Shown here in pieces: positions 17,764-25,429 of a stretch of 36,639 nucleotides of DNA. The stretch spans positions 1 to 36,639 of the IMG/VR virus record IMGVR_UViG_3300021579_000004. One strand, 5' to 3'. Source of the DNA: a virus. The notes under the pieces are model-generated. The model was given only the letters and a program-made list of their open reading frames with translations, was not told where the DNA came from and ran no database searches. Made by a program: the position numbers and the translations under genes. Within the stretch, counting starts at the first letter, position 1. Every line of letters starts with the position of its first letter.

Positions 17764-18477
17764 TTAAACAACCTGACCTTGTGCAAAGGGGTTGTTGATA
17801 ATCGCGGCGCCATAGCCGGTGTAAGTACCCGTCAGGGTAATCGAACCGGTGGCAGTTGCCGTTTTGTCGATAGTACCGATGACGCTACCCATGTACACGG
17901 TGCGACCGTCCGGATCAAGAGCGGCCACAACCGTGGCAGCAGGAATACCGGTGCCAGTCAGCGCAGCGCCCAGGAACAGACCATCATAACCTTGAGGGCA
18001 AACCAAACGCGAAGAAGCGTTAACGGTAGTTGCCGTCTTGGTCACGGTGCCAGTGGCAGAGATGCGATTGCGGGTGTTCAGCAATTGCTTGCCAGCAGCC
18101 AGCGTGCCAGCGATGCCAGCAGCGGCCACAGCCACAGCGGTATCAGCGGCGACAGTCGCATTGGTTTTGTAGACCGCCAAACCCTCAGTCTGCAGCCAGC
18201 CATAGCTACCAGACGGGATCGCGTTCATAGCGACACCGAATTGGAAGCCCTGACCAGCGGTAGAAGGCAGCAGGGTACCGGCATAAACTTCGCTCCAGGT
18301 CACCAGCGAGCCCTTGAGGATGGCATCGGCTGATTTGACATAAACGAATTTGCCAGTGCCCCAATAGGGGTCAACGGCGGTAACAGTCATGCCCAGAGGG
18401 TGACGTTGGATGGTGTCCGGGGTGAACCAGTCGTTAAACGGCTGCGTGCCCAGGGTGGGAGAGATAGATGCAAACAT
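17764..18477 (-). CDS. Putative capsid decoration / accessory structural protein
   Basis: AAGGAAA RBS. A Gly/Ala/Thr-rich beta-type protein whose first half loosely resembles DUF2190-type decoration proteins. It sits next to the capsid gene. Confidence 0.35.
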   Translation of the reverse strand: MFASISPTLGTQPFNDWFTPDTIQRHPLGMTVTAVDPYWGTGKFVYVKSADAILKGSLVTWSEVYAGTLLPSTAGQGFQFGVAMNAIPSGSYGWLQTEGLAVYKTNATVAADTAVAVAAAGIAGTLAAGKQLLNTRNRISATGTVTKTATTVNASSRLVCPQGYDGLFLGAALTGTGIPAATVVAALDPDGRTVYMGSVIGTIDKTATATGSITLTGTYTGYGAAIINNPFAQGQVV

Positions 18478-18489
18478 GATATGTTTCCT

Positions 18490-19143
18490 TTAAAGATTGA
18501 ATTTTCTTTTGCGGTTCGGAGTCACAAGCGCCCTTTCAGGTTCCCATCCAACTTTGATGCGTTCATAAATTATTCTTGCACTTATATTGTATTGAGAAGA
18601 CCATTCATGCACTGATTTTGTTTCTCCGAAAGCTGTGACTTTCAACGTTTGGCGTTTGTTCTGTTCTTGCTCTTGTTTTGTGGCCCATCTGCAATTTTCA
18701 GGAGTGTAATTGCCATTAACATCAATTCTGTCTAAGGTTTTGCCTTCAGGCCTCAATCCCATGTCAGACAAAAAATTGTCAAAGCTATTTATCCATCTAT
18801 TACAAATAGAAATGCCACGGCCCCCATATCTGCAAAAATCAGGTGCTTTTGAGTTTAAGCATCGTTGCTTCATGCTATCCCATGATTTAAAGGTTTTTGT
18901 GCCCGTCATGTTATGAGTGTGCGCATGTTGCTCACAGCCGCATGATTTAGAAGTGTTCCTAATCAAATTAGCTGCTTTGACTTTGCTAGTGTTACCACAA
19001 TCACAAACACAGTTCCATAAAACTTCGCCATGCTTGCTTCTGATTGCGTTTTTATCAATCACCATCCATTTGCTGAATCGGAGTCCAGTCAAATCTATAA
19101 CAGTTCGGCTCATAATATGCACCATCAAGTTAATGATTGACAT
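18490..19143 (-). CDS. Free-standing homing-endonuclease-like protein (HNH_3/AP2-type family)
   Basis: LTGLRFSKWMVID...WNCVCDCGNTSKV...SCGC, then WDSMKQRCLN...YGGRGISICNRW...FLSDMGLRPEGKTLDRIDVNGNYTPENCRWATKQEQEQN. The gene is visibly AT-rich compared with its flanking structural genes. Confidence 0.7.
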   Translation of the reverse strand: MSIINLMVHIMSRTVIDLTGLRFSKWMVIDKNAIRSKHGEVLWNCVCDCGNTSKVKAANLIRNTSKSCGCEQHAHTHNMTGTKTFKSWDSMKQRCLNSKAPDFCRYGGRGISICNRWINSFDNFLSDMGLRPEGKTLDRIDVNGNYTPENCRWATKQEQEQNKRQTLKVTAFGETKSVHEWSSQYNISARIIYERIKVGWEPERALVTPNRKRKFNL

Positions 19144-19178
19144 ATTATGAACCGTTTACGCCATAATGTCAAATAGCT

Positions 19179-20060
19179 TTATGCTTTCCCGACCCCTTGC
19201 CTTGCTCGATTTGAGCAAACAAGGTTACCTTGGAACAACACAGGAATCACGATGGCGTCTTGGTTGACGCTACGCAGTTCCGGCATGATTTCCATGTTGG
19301 CGTCTTGGTGAACCACCAGTTCCATGAAGTCGGTGTTCAGGAAGTACATGTGGTTGGCGGGGATGCCCGAGGCGCTGGAGTCGAAGAAGACATCAGCTGT
19401 TTTGTACTTCATCGAGATCATGCCGCCCTTGCCTTCATCGGTCGGGGCGTAGCGCTTCAGGGAAGTCTGTGAAGCCTCGAAGAACGAGAAGTAGTTGGAA
19501 TCCATGACGATGGTGTCGGGCGTGTCGTTGCCACGAGTACAAGCCAGCCACAGAGGCAGCATCATGCCTGCTTCGATGGTGGCAGCGCTCACGGAAACAC
19601 CAGCAGCAGCGGCGCTCAGCACCTGGTTCTGCCAGAAGGCGAACGCGGTGGAGTTGATGCCGCCCACAGTGCCAGTGCCCAGGTCAGAGACCAGCGCTTG
19701 CACGCCGTTGATCTGGTTGGCAGCGGTGCCATCAGAGTACAAATCGCCGGACAGACCGTTAGCCATCGAGCGCTGGGCATTTTTCAGCTTCGTCTTCACA
19801 AAGTTGATGATGCGATTGGAACCGCTGTTGGTGCGAATTTCCAAGCCAGAAGCGGCAACATTGACAGCCACTTGACGCCAAGCGAACTCAGCAGCCGAGA
19901 TGACGTCCACAGCAGACACGTTCAGCGTGTCAAAGCCGCTGTAACGTTGGTACGTGCTGTTTGCAGCGTAGTCCAGAGGCGTGACGATGGACAAGCCGCC
20001 GTCTTCCAAGCGAATGCGGCCTTTATCGGCGATGCGGCGATAGAGTGCATTGTGATTTGA
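19179..20060 (-). CDS. Major capsid protein, exon 2 (293 aa)
   Basis: It begins SNHNALYRRIADKGRIRLEDGGLSIVTPLDYAANSTYQRYSGFDTLN and ends ...NQDAIVIPVLFQGNLVCSNRARQG. The position after the scaffold and the ~325-aa spliced size fit an HK97-fold epsilon15/BPP-1-type coat protein. Confidence 0.85.
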   Translation of the reverse strand, partial: SNHNALYRRIADKGRIRLEDGGLSIVTPLDYAANSTYQRYSGFDTLNVSAVDVISAAEFAWRQVAVNVAASGLEIRTNSGSNRIINFVKTKLKNAQRSMANGLSGDLYSDGTAANQINGVQALVSDLGTGTVGGINSTAFAFWQNQVLSAAAAGVSVSAATIEAGMMLPLWLACTRGNDTPDTIVMDSNYFSFFEASQTSLKRYAPTDEGKGGMISMKYKTADVFFDSSASGIPANHMYFLNTDFMELVVHQDANMEIMPELRSVNQDAIVIPVLFQGNLVCSNRARQGVGKA

Positions 20061-20355
20061 CTTTCTGTTACCGCACCGGCTCTTTATCCGATGCTTCACT
20101 AGCTTTCGCATAATGCTCAGACTATATCATCAGCAATTTTTATTGCTGTACCGCGCTCGTGGTGCTTTACTGCCCGTTCTGGGCTCCATGCACTAGTCGT
20201 TGAACCTTCAGCCTATTCCTAGGCCGCTTGGCTGCTGATTGCCCAATCTTTCATCTTTTCTAACCTTCGCATTTGCCATTACTAGCTCTGCTGTGGTGAT
20301 GGAAGCTCTAAGGGGTTTCCAGCAATTCACGGTATTTTACAACGTCTCAAACTCA
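20061..20355 (-). ncRNA. Group I self-splicing intron (295 nt, no internal ORF) in the capsid gene
   Basis: P AAUUGCUGGAAA (20316-20327), Q AAUCAGCAGC (20231-20240), R GUUCAACGACUAGUG (20191-20205), S AUGAUAUAGUCUGAG (20116-20130). The guide sequence UUGA-GACGUU pairs with both exon ends. The 5' exon ends in U and the intron ends in G. Confidence 0.85.
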
Positions 20356-20451
20356 AACGTTATCAGCAACCTCTTTTTTGTGGTTGCGATAGGTCGTGCT
20401 CACCAGTTCGGTGAACGTATTAAACAGGGTGCTTTGACCGGGAGAGGCCAT
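20356..20451 (-). CDS. Major capsid protein, exon 1 (32 aa)
   Basis: GGAGAAAATC-ATG lies 14 nt after the scaffold stop. The exon encodes MASPGQSTLFNTFTELVSTTYRNHKKEVADNV, and an in-frame TGA follows the 5' splice site immediately. Confidence 0.8.
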
Positions 20452-20464
20452 GATTTTCTCCTAA

Positions 20465-21502
20465 TTAAATGAGACCCAGCGATTTGGCTGTTTCTCGGAT
20501 TGTGTCGTCTATACTGCCGACTGGTTTCGTGGCAGGCAATGCGCCCCGTCGAGCAACATTGACCGCACTGGCCTGTCGTGCAGCTTGTGCCTTTTGAGTA
20601 GCCACCGCCTTACGTTCTGCCTCGGCCTTGGCTTGCTGTTCTGCAAGCACCTGAGCACGGACAGCCGGATTGGCATAAATGGCCTTTTCATAGGCATCAC
20701 GGAGGTCGGAGGCAAGACCAGCCTGTAAAAGGCCTGCCATGTCTTCACGAACTGCCGCAAAATGCGCGTTTGCAGGGTCATTGGAAAACCGCTCAATTTC
20801 GCTGTTAAGCGTCGCGTTTTCCCGCTCCTGATGCGCTTGGCTCTGTTGTGCTACCCAGCCTTCAAGCTGATTGAGCTTTTGTTGCAGGGCATACGAATTT
20901 TGGTCAAAAGGTTGCGCCTGAGTCTGCGCGACCTGTTGAATGTTGATTCCATAATCAGATGCCAACTTGTGCAGCATCTGGATTTTCTGATCTTGGCTGC
21001 CCGTCCGAAGCATCGAGTCAGCGTTGAAAAGCGCTTGAATGGCAACATCAGGCGTGACACCAGCCGCCTGGATGGTTCGCATGTAAGGGGCAATGGCTCG
21101 ATTGATCGAATCGCCAAATTGTGCCTTTTCGCGATATTGCTCAAGCCCTCTGTGCATTTCATCACTGCGCCGGATGAATTCTTGCATCACCACCGGGTCT
21201 TTAGCGATGGCCTGAGCTGCCTCTTTACGCAAGCCCAGGCGCTGCAATTCGGTAGGTATGGTGGCCTGTACTTCAGTCGGCTCATCCTGCTTTACTTCAG
21301 GCTCTGGATTATCCTCGGCCTTCGGAGTTTCAGGTGTCTTCGGCTCTTCGGGCTTGTTCTTCGGAGTGAATCGGCCATTATCGTCACGATTTTCTGTGCC
21401 GCGAGATTCAATCTCCTCTAGGGTTTTACGGAGAGTATCCTCCATAGAACCAGATTCGTTGTTAATGTCTTCCTCTGTAGAGAGGACTTCATTCTCATCC
21501 AT
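20465..21502 (-). CDS. Scaffolding protein
   Basis: It lies immediately upstream of the capsid gene. It has an acidic N-terminus (MDENEVLSTEEDINNE) and the motif RDDNGRFTPKNK, and it is long, helical and Gln/Ala-rich. Confidence 0.65.
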   Translation of the reverse strand: MDENEVLSTEEDINNESGSMEDTLRKTLEEIESRGTENRDDNGRFTPKNKPEEPKTPETPKAEDNPEPEVKQDEPTEVQATIPTELQRLGLRKEAAQAIAKDPVVMQEFIRRSDEMHRGLEQYREKAQFGDSINRAIAPYMRTIQAAGVTPDVAIQALFNADSMLRTGSQDQKIQMLHKLASDYGINIQQVAQTQAQPFDQNSYALQQKLNQLEGWVAQQSQAHQERENATLNSEIERFSNDPANAHFAAVREDMAGLLQAGLASDLRDAYEKAIYANPAVRAQVLAEQQAKAEAERKAVATQKAQAARQASAVNVARRGALPATKPVGSIDDTIRETAKSLGLI

Positions 21503-21534
21503 TTATCAAACTCCCAAGTTTCGCGAATAATACA

Positions 21535-21933
21535 TTAAAGAGAATTTTCGAGAGCGCGTTTTTTATCGTCGCCCAATGAATGCCAGGCAGCTACAGCCGC
21601 ATTTTCAATAGCTGCATCGCTGGCCTTTTCTTCTGCCTTGACGCGATCTTGTGCCACTTTGCGCTCAGATTCAATGCCCTCCCATGGGCGTGAGCCACTA
21701 CGTGCCAAATCTTCCCTGCGCTGTGCAGGAGTATCAATCCATTTGCCGGTTATTGGCGAACGATAAGACGGCATCACGCGCACAGCGGCAGAACGAGGCG
21801 GGAAAGCGTGCATTTCCAGCTTTTTATTCCATGCATCCTCAATATCAGCATAGTGATGTGCGTTATCCTCACACCATTTCGCCTTCACGGCATCAGAAAA
21901 TCCGACAATCTCTTGCAGTTTTTTGTAGTCCAT
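21535..21933 (-). CDS. Hypothetical virion-module protein (132 aa)
   Basis: Directly abuts the upstream repeat-protein gene (its stop at 21934..21936 adjoins the start codon at 21931..21933, no overlap). It contains SYRSPITGKWIDTPAQRREDLARSG and a charged helical tail. Confidence 0.5.
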   Translation of the reverse strand: MDYKKLQEIVGFSDAVKAKWCEDNAHHYADIEDAWNKKLEMHAFPPRSAAVRVMPSYRSPITGKWIDTPAQRREDLARSGSRPWEGIESERKVAQDRVKAEEKASDAAIENAAVAAWHSLGDDKKRALENSL

Positions 21934-22815
21934 TTAGTACCCCATCAACATCAAAACCTCTTCATCATCCTCATTATCTGATTCGATGCGCTGTTTTATC
22001 TGGTGAATCTCTTGGTGAAGCCATTCTGTAAACTTGCGTTCGCTTGAATAATCGATTGTGGCAATTTCAGCCTTAGCCTCTTGCTTTATTTCCTCGATTA
22101 TCTCAGGCTCAGGCTCAATGCCCATAATCCGACGATATTCAGCCTCGATAGTGGCCTGGATAGCTTGCTCACGGCTATTGCGATGCGCCCATGCCTTCTT
22201 ATTCCATCCCGTGTGTTTGTGGGGATGGTGGAAGGCATCGTCGCCTCCATGCTTCTGATTTGCCTGCGTTACAGTCAATGCGGCGGATTGCCCATTAATC
22301 GTGTATGCGCCGGTATTCAGCGCCAGTGTATAGTTCTTTTGCGCCGTCCCGGGAACATATGCAAGCGTTGCATCGTTGCCAGTGATGGCATAAGAGCCAG
22401 GACTCAGCGCCAAACCACGCGCAACCGTCAGAGCCGCAGCCTGCCCGCTTATTGCATAGCTGCCAGCATTGAGCGACAGAACGTAATTAACCTGCCCAGC
22501 GCCAGGCACATAAGACAGCGTGGCGTTCTGGCCTGCAATCGCATAAGCGCCAGCAGACAATGCAAGTTTGCGTGATACCGTGAATGTTGCAGACTGTCCG
22601 GCGATTGAATAAGCGCCAGTGGCCAGCGACAGTTTGCGGGCAACAGTAAGCGCCGCAGACTGCCCTGCAATGGCATAAGCTCCAGCAGCAAGCGGTAGAT
22701 TGCGACCAATCTTTAACGTCGCCGCTTGGCCGGATATCGCGTAGCTGCCAGCGGAGCAGGTCAGCGCATAATTGACCTGACCTCCACTGCCTGTTAAAGC
22801 AAGCAGCAGGGACAT
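21934..22815 (-). CDS. Repeat protein: at least 7 tandem ~20-aa beta-type repeats plus an acidic helical C-terminal domain
   Basis: The unit L-x-L-x2-G-x-Y-x-I-x-G-x2-A-x-L recurs (for example LSLATGAYSIAGQSATFTV, LALSAGAYAIAGQNATLSY). The C-terminus is ...IMGIEPEPEIIEEIKQEAKAE...SDNEDDEEVL. Confidence 0.6.
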   Translation of the reverse strand: MSLLLALTGSGGQVNYALTCSAGSYAISGQAATLKIGRNLPLAAGAYAIAGQSAALTVARKLSLATGAYSIAGQSATFTVSRKLALSAGAYAIAGQNATLSYVPGAGQVNYVLSLNAGSYAISGQAAALTVARGLALSPGSYAITGNDATLAYVPGTAQKNYTLALNTGAYTINGQSAALTVTQANQKHGGDDAFHHPHKHTGWNKKAWAHRNSREQAIQATIEAEYRRIMGIEPEPEIIEEIKQEAKAEIATIDYSSERKFTEWLHQEIHQIKQRIESDNEDDEEVLMLMGY

Positions 22816-22822
22816 TTAGTGT

Positions 22823-24379
22823 TTACTCCCAGTCGAAGTCGAACGAGATCGAGTGCTGCAATGTCCCCGCCGTGATCGCTGTACCGATGATGTTGTGCGT
22901 CACCAGTTTCACGAATTCACCGGGGTTGATGTAGATCGGAGACAGCAGCGGGACTTGAATTGCGAAGTTACCGCTTGGTAGCGTACCCGCAGCCTGCGCC
23001 GCCGCATATGCCTGGGCAATCGGCAACTGAATGCGCCTGTCAGCCTTAGTGATCGCAGTATCAGCCGCCACACCGGCCAGGGACACACTGGTGGACCCGT
23101 ATGCAAGATAAAACATCTTCACAATACCGCCGCCAGTCAGCGCCGTCTGCACGCACGATGCGATGTTCACGCCCTTGATCTTCAGTCGCTTCTGGGGTGC
23201 GTAAGTCGCAGCAGCCGCAGTGGGAAGCGCCGCATTCTGATAGGCCATCAGGATGGTATCCGTACCCGCCGCAGCAGTCGGCGTCTCCAGCACAATGCCA
23301 GACAGCGAAGTCACCAGCGACGTGGTATTTGAAGGCACAGCCGCAGTCGGTCGCGTGATCGACCCCGTGGTGATCGTCTGGTTGGCCGTCGTTGTCAGCG
23401 TGCCGGGGGAGTTGATGCCCTCGCAGGCCCGACCGTTATAGTCACCCACGCTGGATGCGATGATCTGGCCACCACGGCGCACCGAATACCGCGCCAGGCG
23501 GAAGCTGGCCGCAATGGTGGGCGCAGTCGCCTGGTAGTGTCGAACCACAAACTGAGCAGAAGGGGCACCAACAGGAGCGCCATACCCAGTGGGGGAGTTA
23601 CCGTTCGCAGCCAGCCAGATTTGGCCCGTTACCGGGTCGCTAATCCACAGTTGCGTGGAGCGCGTGCTCAAGTAGATGATGAACTGATACACCCGGTTGT
23701 TGACCGGCTGCCAGGTGTTCGTGCCCAGGCCATCAGGTGCCAGCAGCAAGCCAGACGACCATGTATCCGTGCCGGAGTTGTTCCGCAGAACCAGATACGC
23801 ACCCGCATTGGTCAGCCGGATATACGCGCCGTCGAACCAGTCATAGGGTGTAGCTGTCGCAACCAAACCGCCACCGGCCTCAATCACCTGGTTGGCAGGC
23901 AATGTAGTACCCGAAGCCCAGGAAAACGCACCTTCGAAGTCGTAGGACAGCGTTTCAGTGCCGCTGATCGAGAACGTTTTGTATGTTTTAAACGCCACAG
24001 CTGCGCCAGCAGTCAGCAGGGAAGTCGGGTTCGTCTGGAACCCCGTAGCTGACCATGAAGGCACAAACGTGGTCGCCGCCATGCTGTGTTTCGTGAAGTT
24101 CTGAGCGGTGTAGTCGATGGTTTCCTCATCCAGCACCGTATCGTGCTCCACGCGGGCACGGAATTCGCCGGACACTTCAGGCGACAGCAGGTAAGGTGCA
24201 GAACTTCCCAGGCCGAACGCCAGCCCCTGGTCGATCTCAGAGAAGTTTCGGGAACCGCCGATGTTCTTGCCGTTGTTCGCAGCATCCGTCTCCGAGATGA
24301 TTTTAAGCTGATCTGAGCCAGTACCAGCCACGCCAGCAGTGCCGCTGGCCAAACCCTTGATGTTGATATCCTGTGCCAT
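22823..24379 (-). CDS. Large beta-rich protein of unknown function (518 aa), probably virion-associated
   Basis: Its start shares one base (24379) with the upstream stop (TGATG: TGA at 24381..24379, ATG at 24379..24377). It is Thr/Ala/Gly-rich and I recognise no enzymatic motif. It lies between the portal and scaffold genes. Confidence 0.5.
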   Translation of the reverse strand: MAQDINIKGLASGTAGVAGTGSDQLKIISETDAANNGKNIGGSRNFSEIDQGLAFGLGSSAPYLLSPEVSGEFRARVEHDTVLDEETIDYTAQNFTKHSMAATTFVPSWSATGFQTNPTSLLTAGAAVAFKTYKTFSISGTETLSYDFEGAFSWASGTTLPANQVIEAGGGLVATATPYDWFDGAYIRLTNAGAYLVLRNNSGTDTWSSGLLLAPDGLGTNTWQPVNNRVYQFIIYLSTRSTQLWISDPVTGQIWLAANGNSPTGYGAPVGAPSAQFVVRHYQATAPTIAASFRLARYSVRRGGQIIASSVGDYNGRACEGINSPGTLTTTANQTITTGSITRPTAAVPSNTTSLVTSLSGIVLETPTAAAGTDTILMAYQNAALPTAAAATYAPQKRLKIKGVNIASCVQTALTGGGIVKMFYLAYGSTSVSLAGVAADTAITKADRRIQLPIAQAYAAAQAAGTLPSGNFAIQVPLLSPIYINPGEFVKLVTHNIIGTAITAGTLQHSISFDFDWE

Positions 24380-24672
24380 CAATCACTCCAAACCCAGCGA
24401 AGGGCGTATTGGCCACGCATCTTGTGCGGGCTCCGTGCATAAATCGTAAAACCAGTCCCAGCAGTCGGGGTACCACATGTGAAGGCTGCAAGCGCTGGCA
24501 GGTACCGGTGGTCATTGTCCGTGTGGTCTGCCGTCGAATCGTCGCCCATTACCCAGGCTTCACACTTACTGGTCGCGCTAATACCCGTCTGCCCTGTCAC
24601 AGCCACACTCGCCTCATTCGACCCAGGGTGCGCCCCGAAATTGATGGTCGCCGTACCAATCGCGTTAGCCAT
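24379..24672 (-). CDS. Hypothetical small beta-type protein (97 aa)
   Basis: Tightly packed ORF: MANAIGTATINFGAHPGSNEASVAVTGQ...GFTIYARSPHKMRGQYALRWVW. Confidence 0.5.
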   Translation of the reverse strand: MANAIGTATINFGAHPGSNEASVAVTGQTGISATSKCEAWVMGDDSTADHTDNDHRYLPALAAFTCGTPTAGTGFTIYARSPHKMRGQYALRWVWSD

Positions 24673-24675
24673 CTA

Positions 24676-24993
24676 TCAGACCTTCGGAGCGTCAGCCTGT
24701 GCCCGCAGCGCTTTGTACAGGGAATACAGCAGCACCTGCACCTGGTCATGCGACCCCATCGCGCCCAGCGAAGTGTCGTCCAGCGGGTTAATCAGCGGGA
24801 AAGTCGCGCCATGCTGGAAGTTGGCCAGGCAGCCTGCCACATTGTTTTTCAACTGCCGACCATCAGCCAGCGTCATCACTTCTTCTTCAAAGAACGTGAT
24901 ATTCGGAACGCCGCCTAGCGGGTTATTGATGACAACCTGATAGGCCCGCTGATACGCAGAGCCGGTCACAGAGGTTTCTTTGTAATTAGCCAT
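24676..24993 (-). CDS. Hypothetical protein (105 aa)
   Basis: Packed ORF in the late operon. Confidence 0.5.
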   Translation of the reverse strand: MANYKETSVTGSAYQRAYQVVINNPLGGVPNITFFEEEVMTLADGRQLKNNVAGCLANFQHGATFPLINPLDDTSLGAMGSHDQVQVLLYSLYKALRAQADAPKV

Positions 24994-25003
24994 TCATCCC
25001 CCA

Positions 25004-25429
25004 TTAGGTCACGGTGTAGGTGCCATTCGTGGCGTCCAGAGTTGGCGTAAACGTATCGCCATTTGCGCCATTCATTGCCACGCTAGAGCCATAATCCCAA
25101 TATCCGATACATTGAGTGCGCGTCAGGTTATACAGAATCACGTACCTGAAAGTGAATCCACCACCGGATGCAGTCCAAGTCGGAGAGGCCGGTGCAGCAA
25201 GAACCAGCTTATAAACGCCACCTGTCTGAGTAGCGCTTGTGATCGTGCAATTCACGCCACCAGCCGTATAGCCGCCGCCCGTAGACAATTCAGTAGCGCT
25301 CGCCGCCGTGGTGTCTGAGGCCACATTAGGCGCGGTATTGGACAGAATAAGCTGCCAAGTGTCAGTTGCAGCATTTGCCGCCTCTTGCAGGACTTTCGTG
25401 CCTATCTGATATTTGACGTATGCAGCCAT
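25004..25429 (-). CDS. Hypothetical small beta-type protein (141 aa)
   Basis: TAATG-coupled to the portal gene. Thr/Ala/Gly-rich. Confidence 0.5.
   Translation of the reverse strand: MAAYVKYQIGTKVLQEAANAATDTWQLILSNTAPNVASDTTAASATELSTGGGYTAGGVNCTITSATQTGGVYKLVLAAPASPTWTASGGGFTFRYVILYNLTRTQCIGYWDYGSSVAMNGANGDTFTPTLDATNGTYTVT

Noticed and set aside
19179-20111. ORF-track capsid ORF starting at the ATG at 20111 (MRKLVKHRIKSRCGNRK...)
   Set aside because: The first 17 codons lie inside the group I intron (P9 region) and have no RBS. The genuine N-terminus is exon 1 at 20356..20451, and exon 2 starts at 20060.
20239-20472. 77-aa + strand ORF across the capsid exon 1 and intron region
   Set aside because: It is antisense to a well-supported exon and structured intron, has no RBS, and lies on the wrong strand for this arm.
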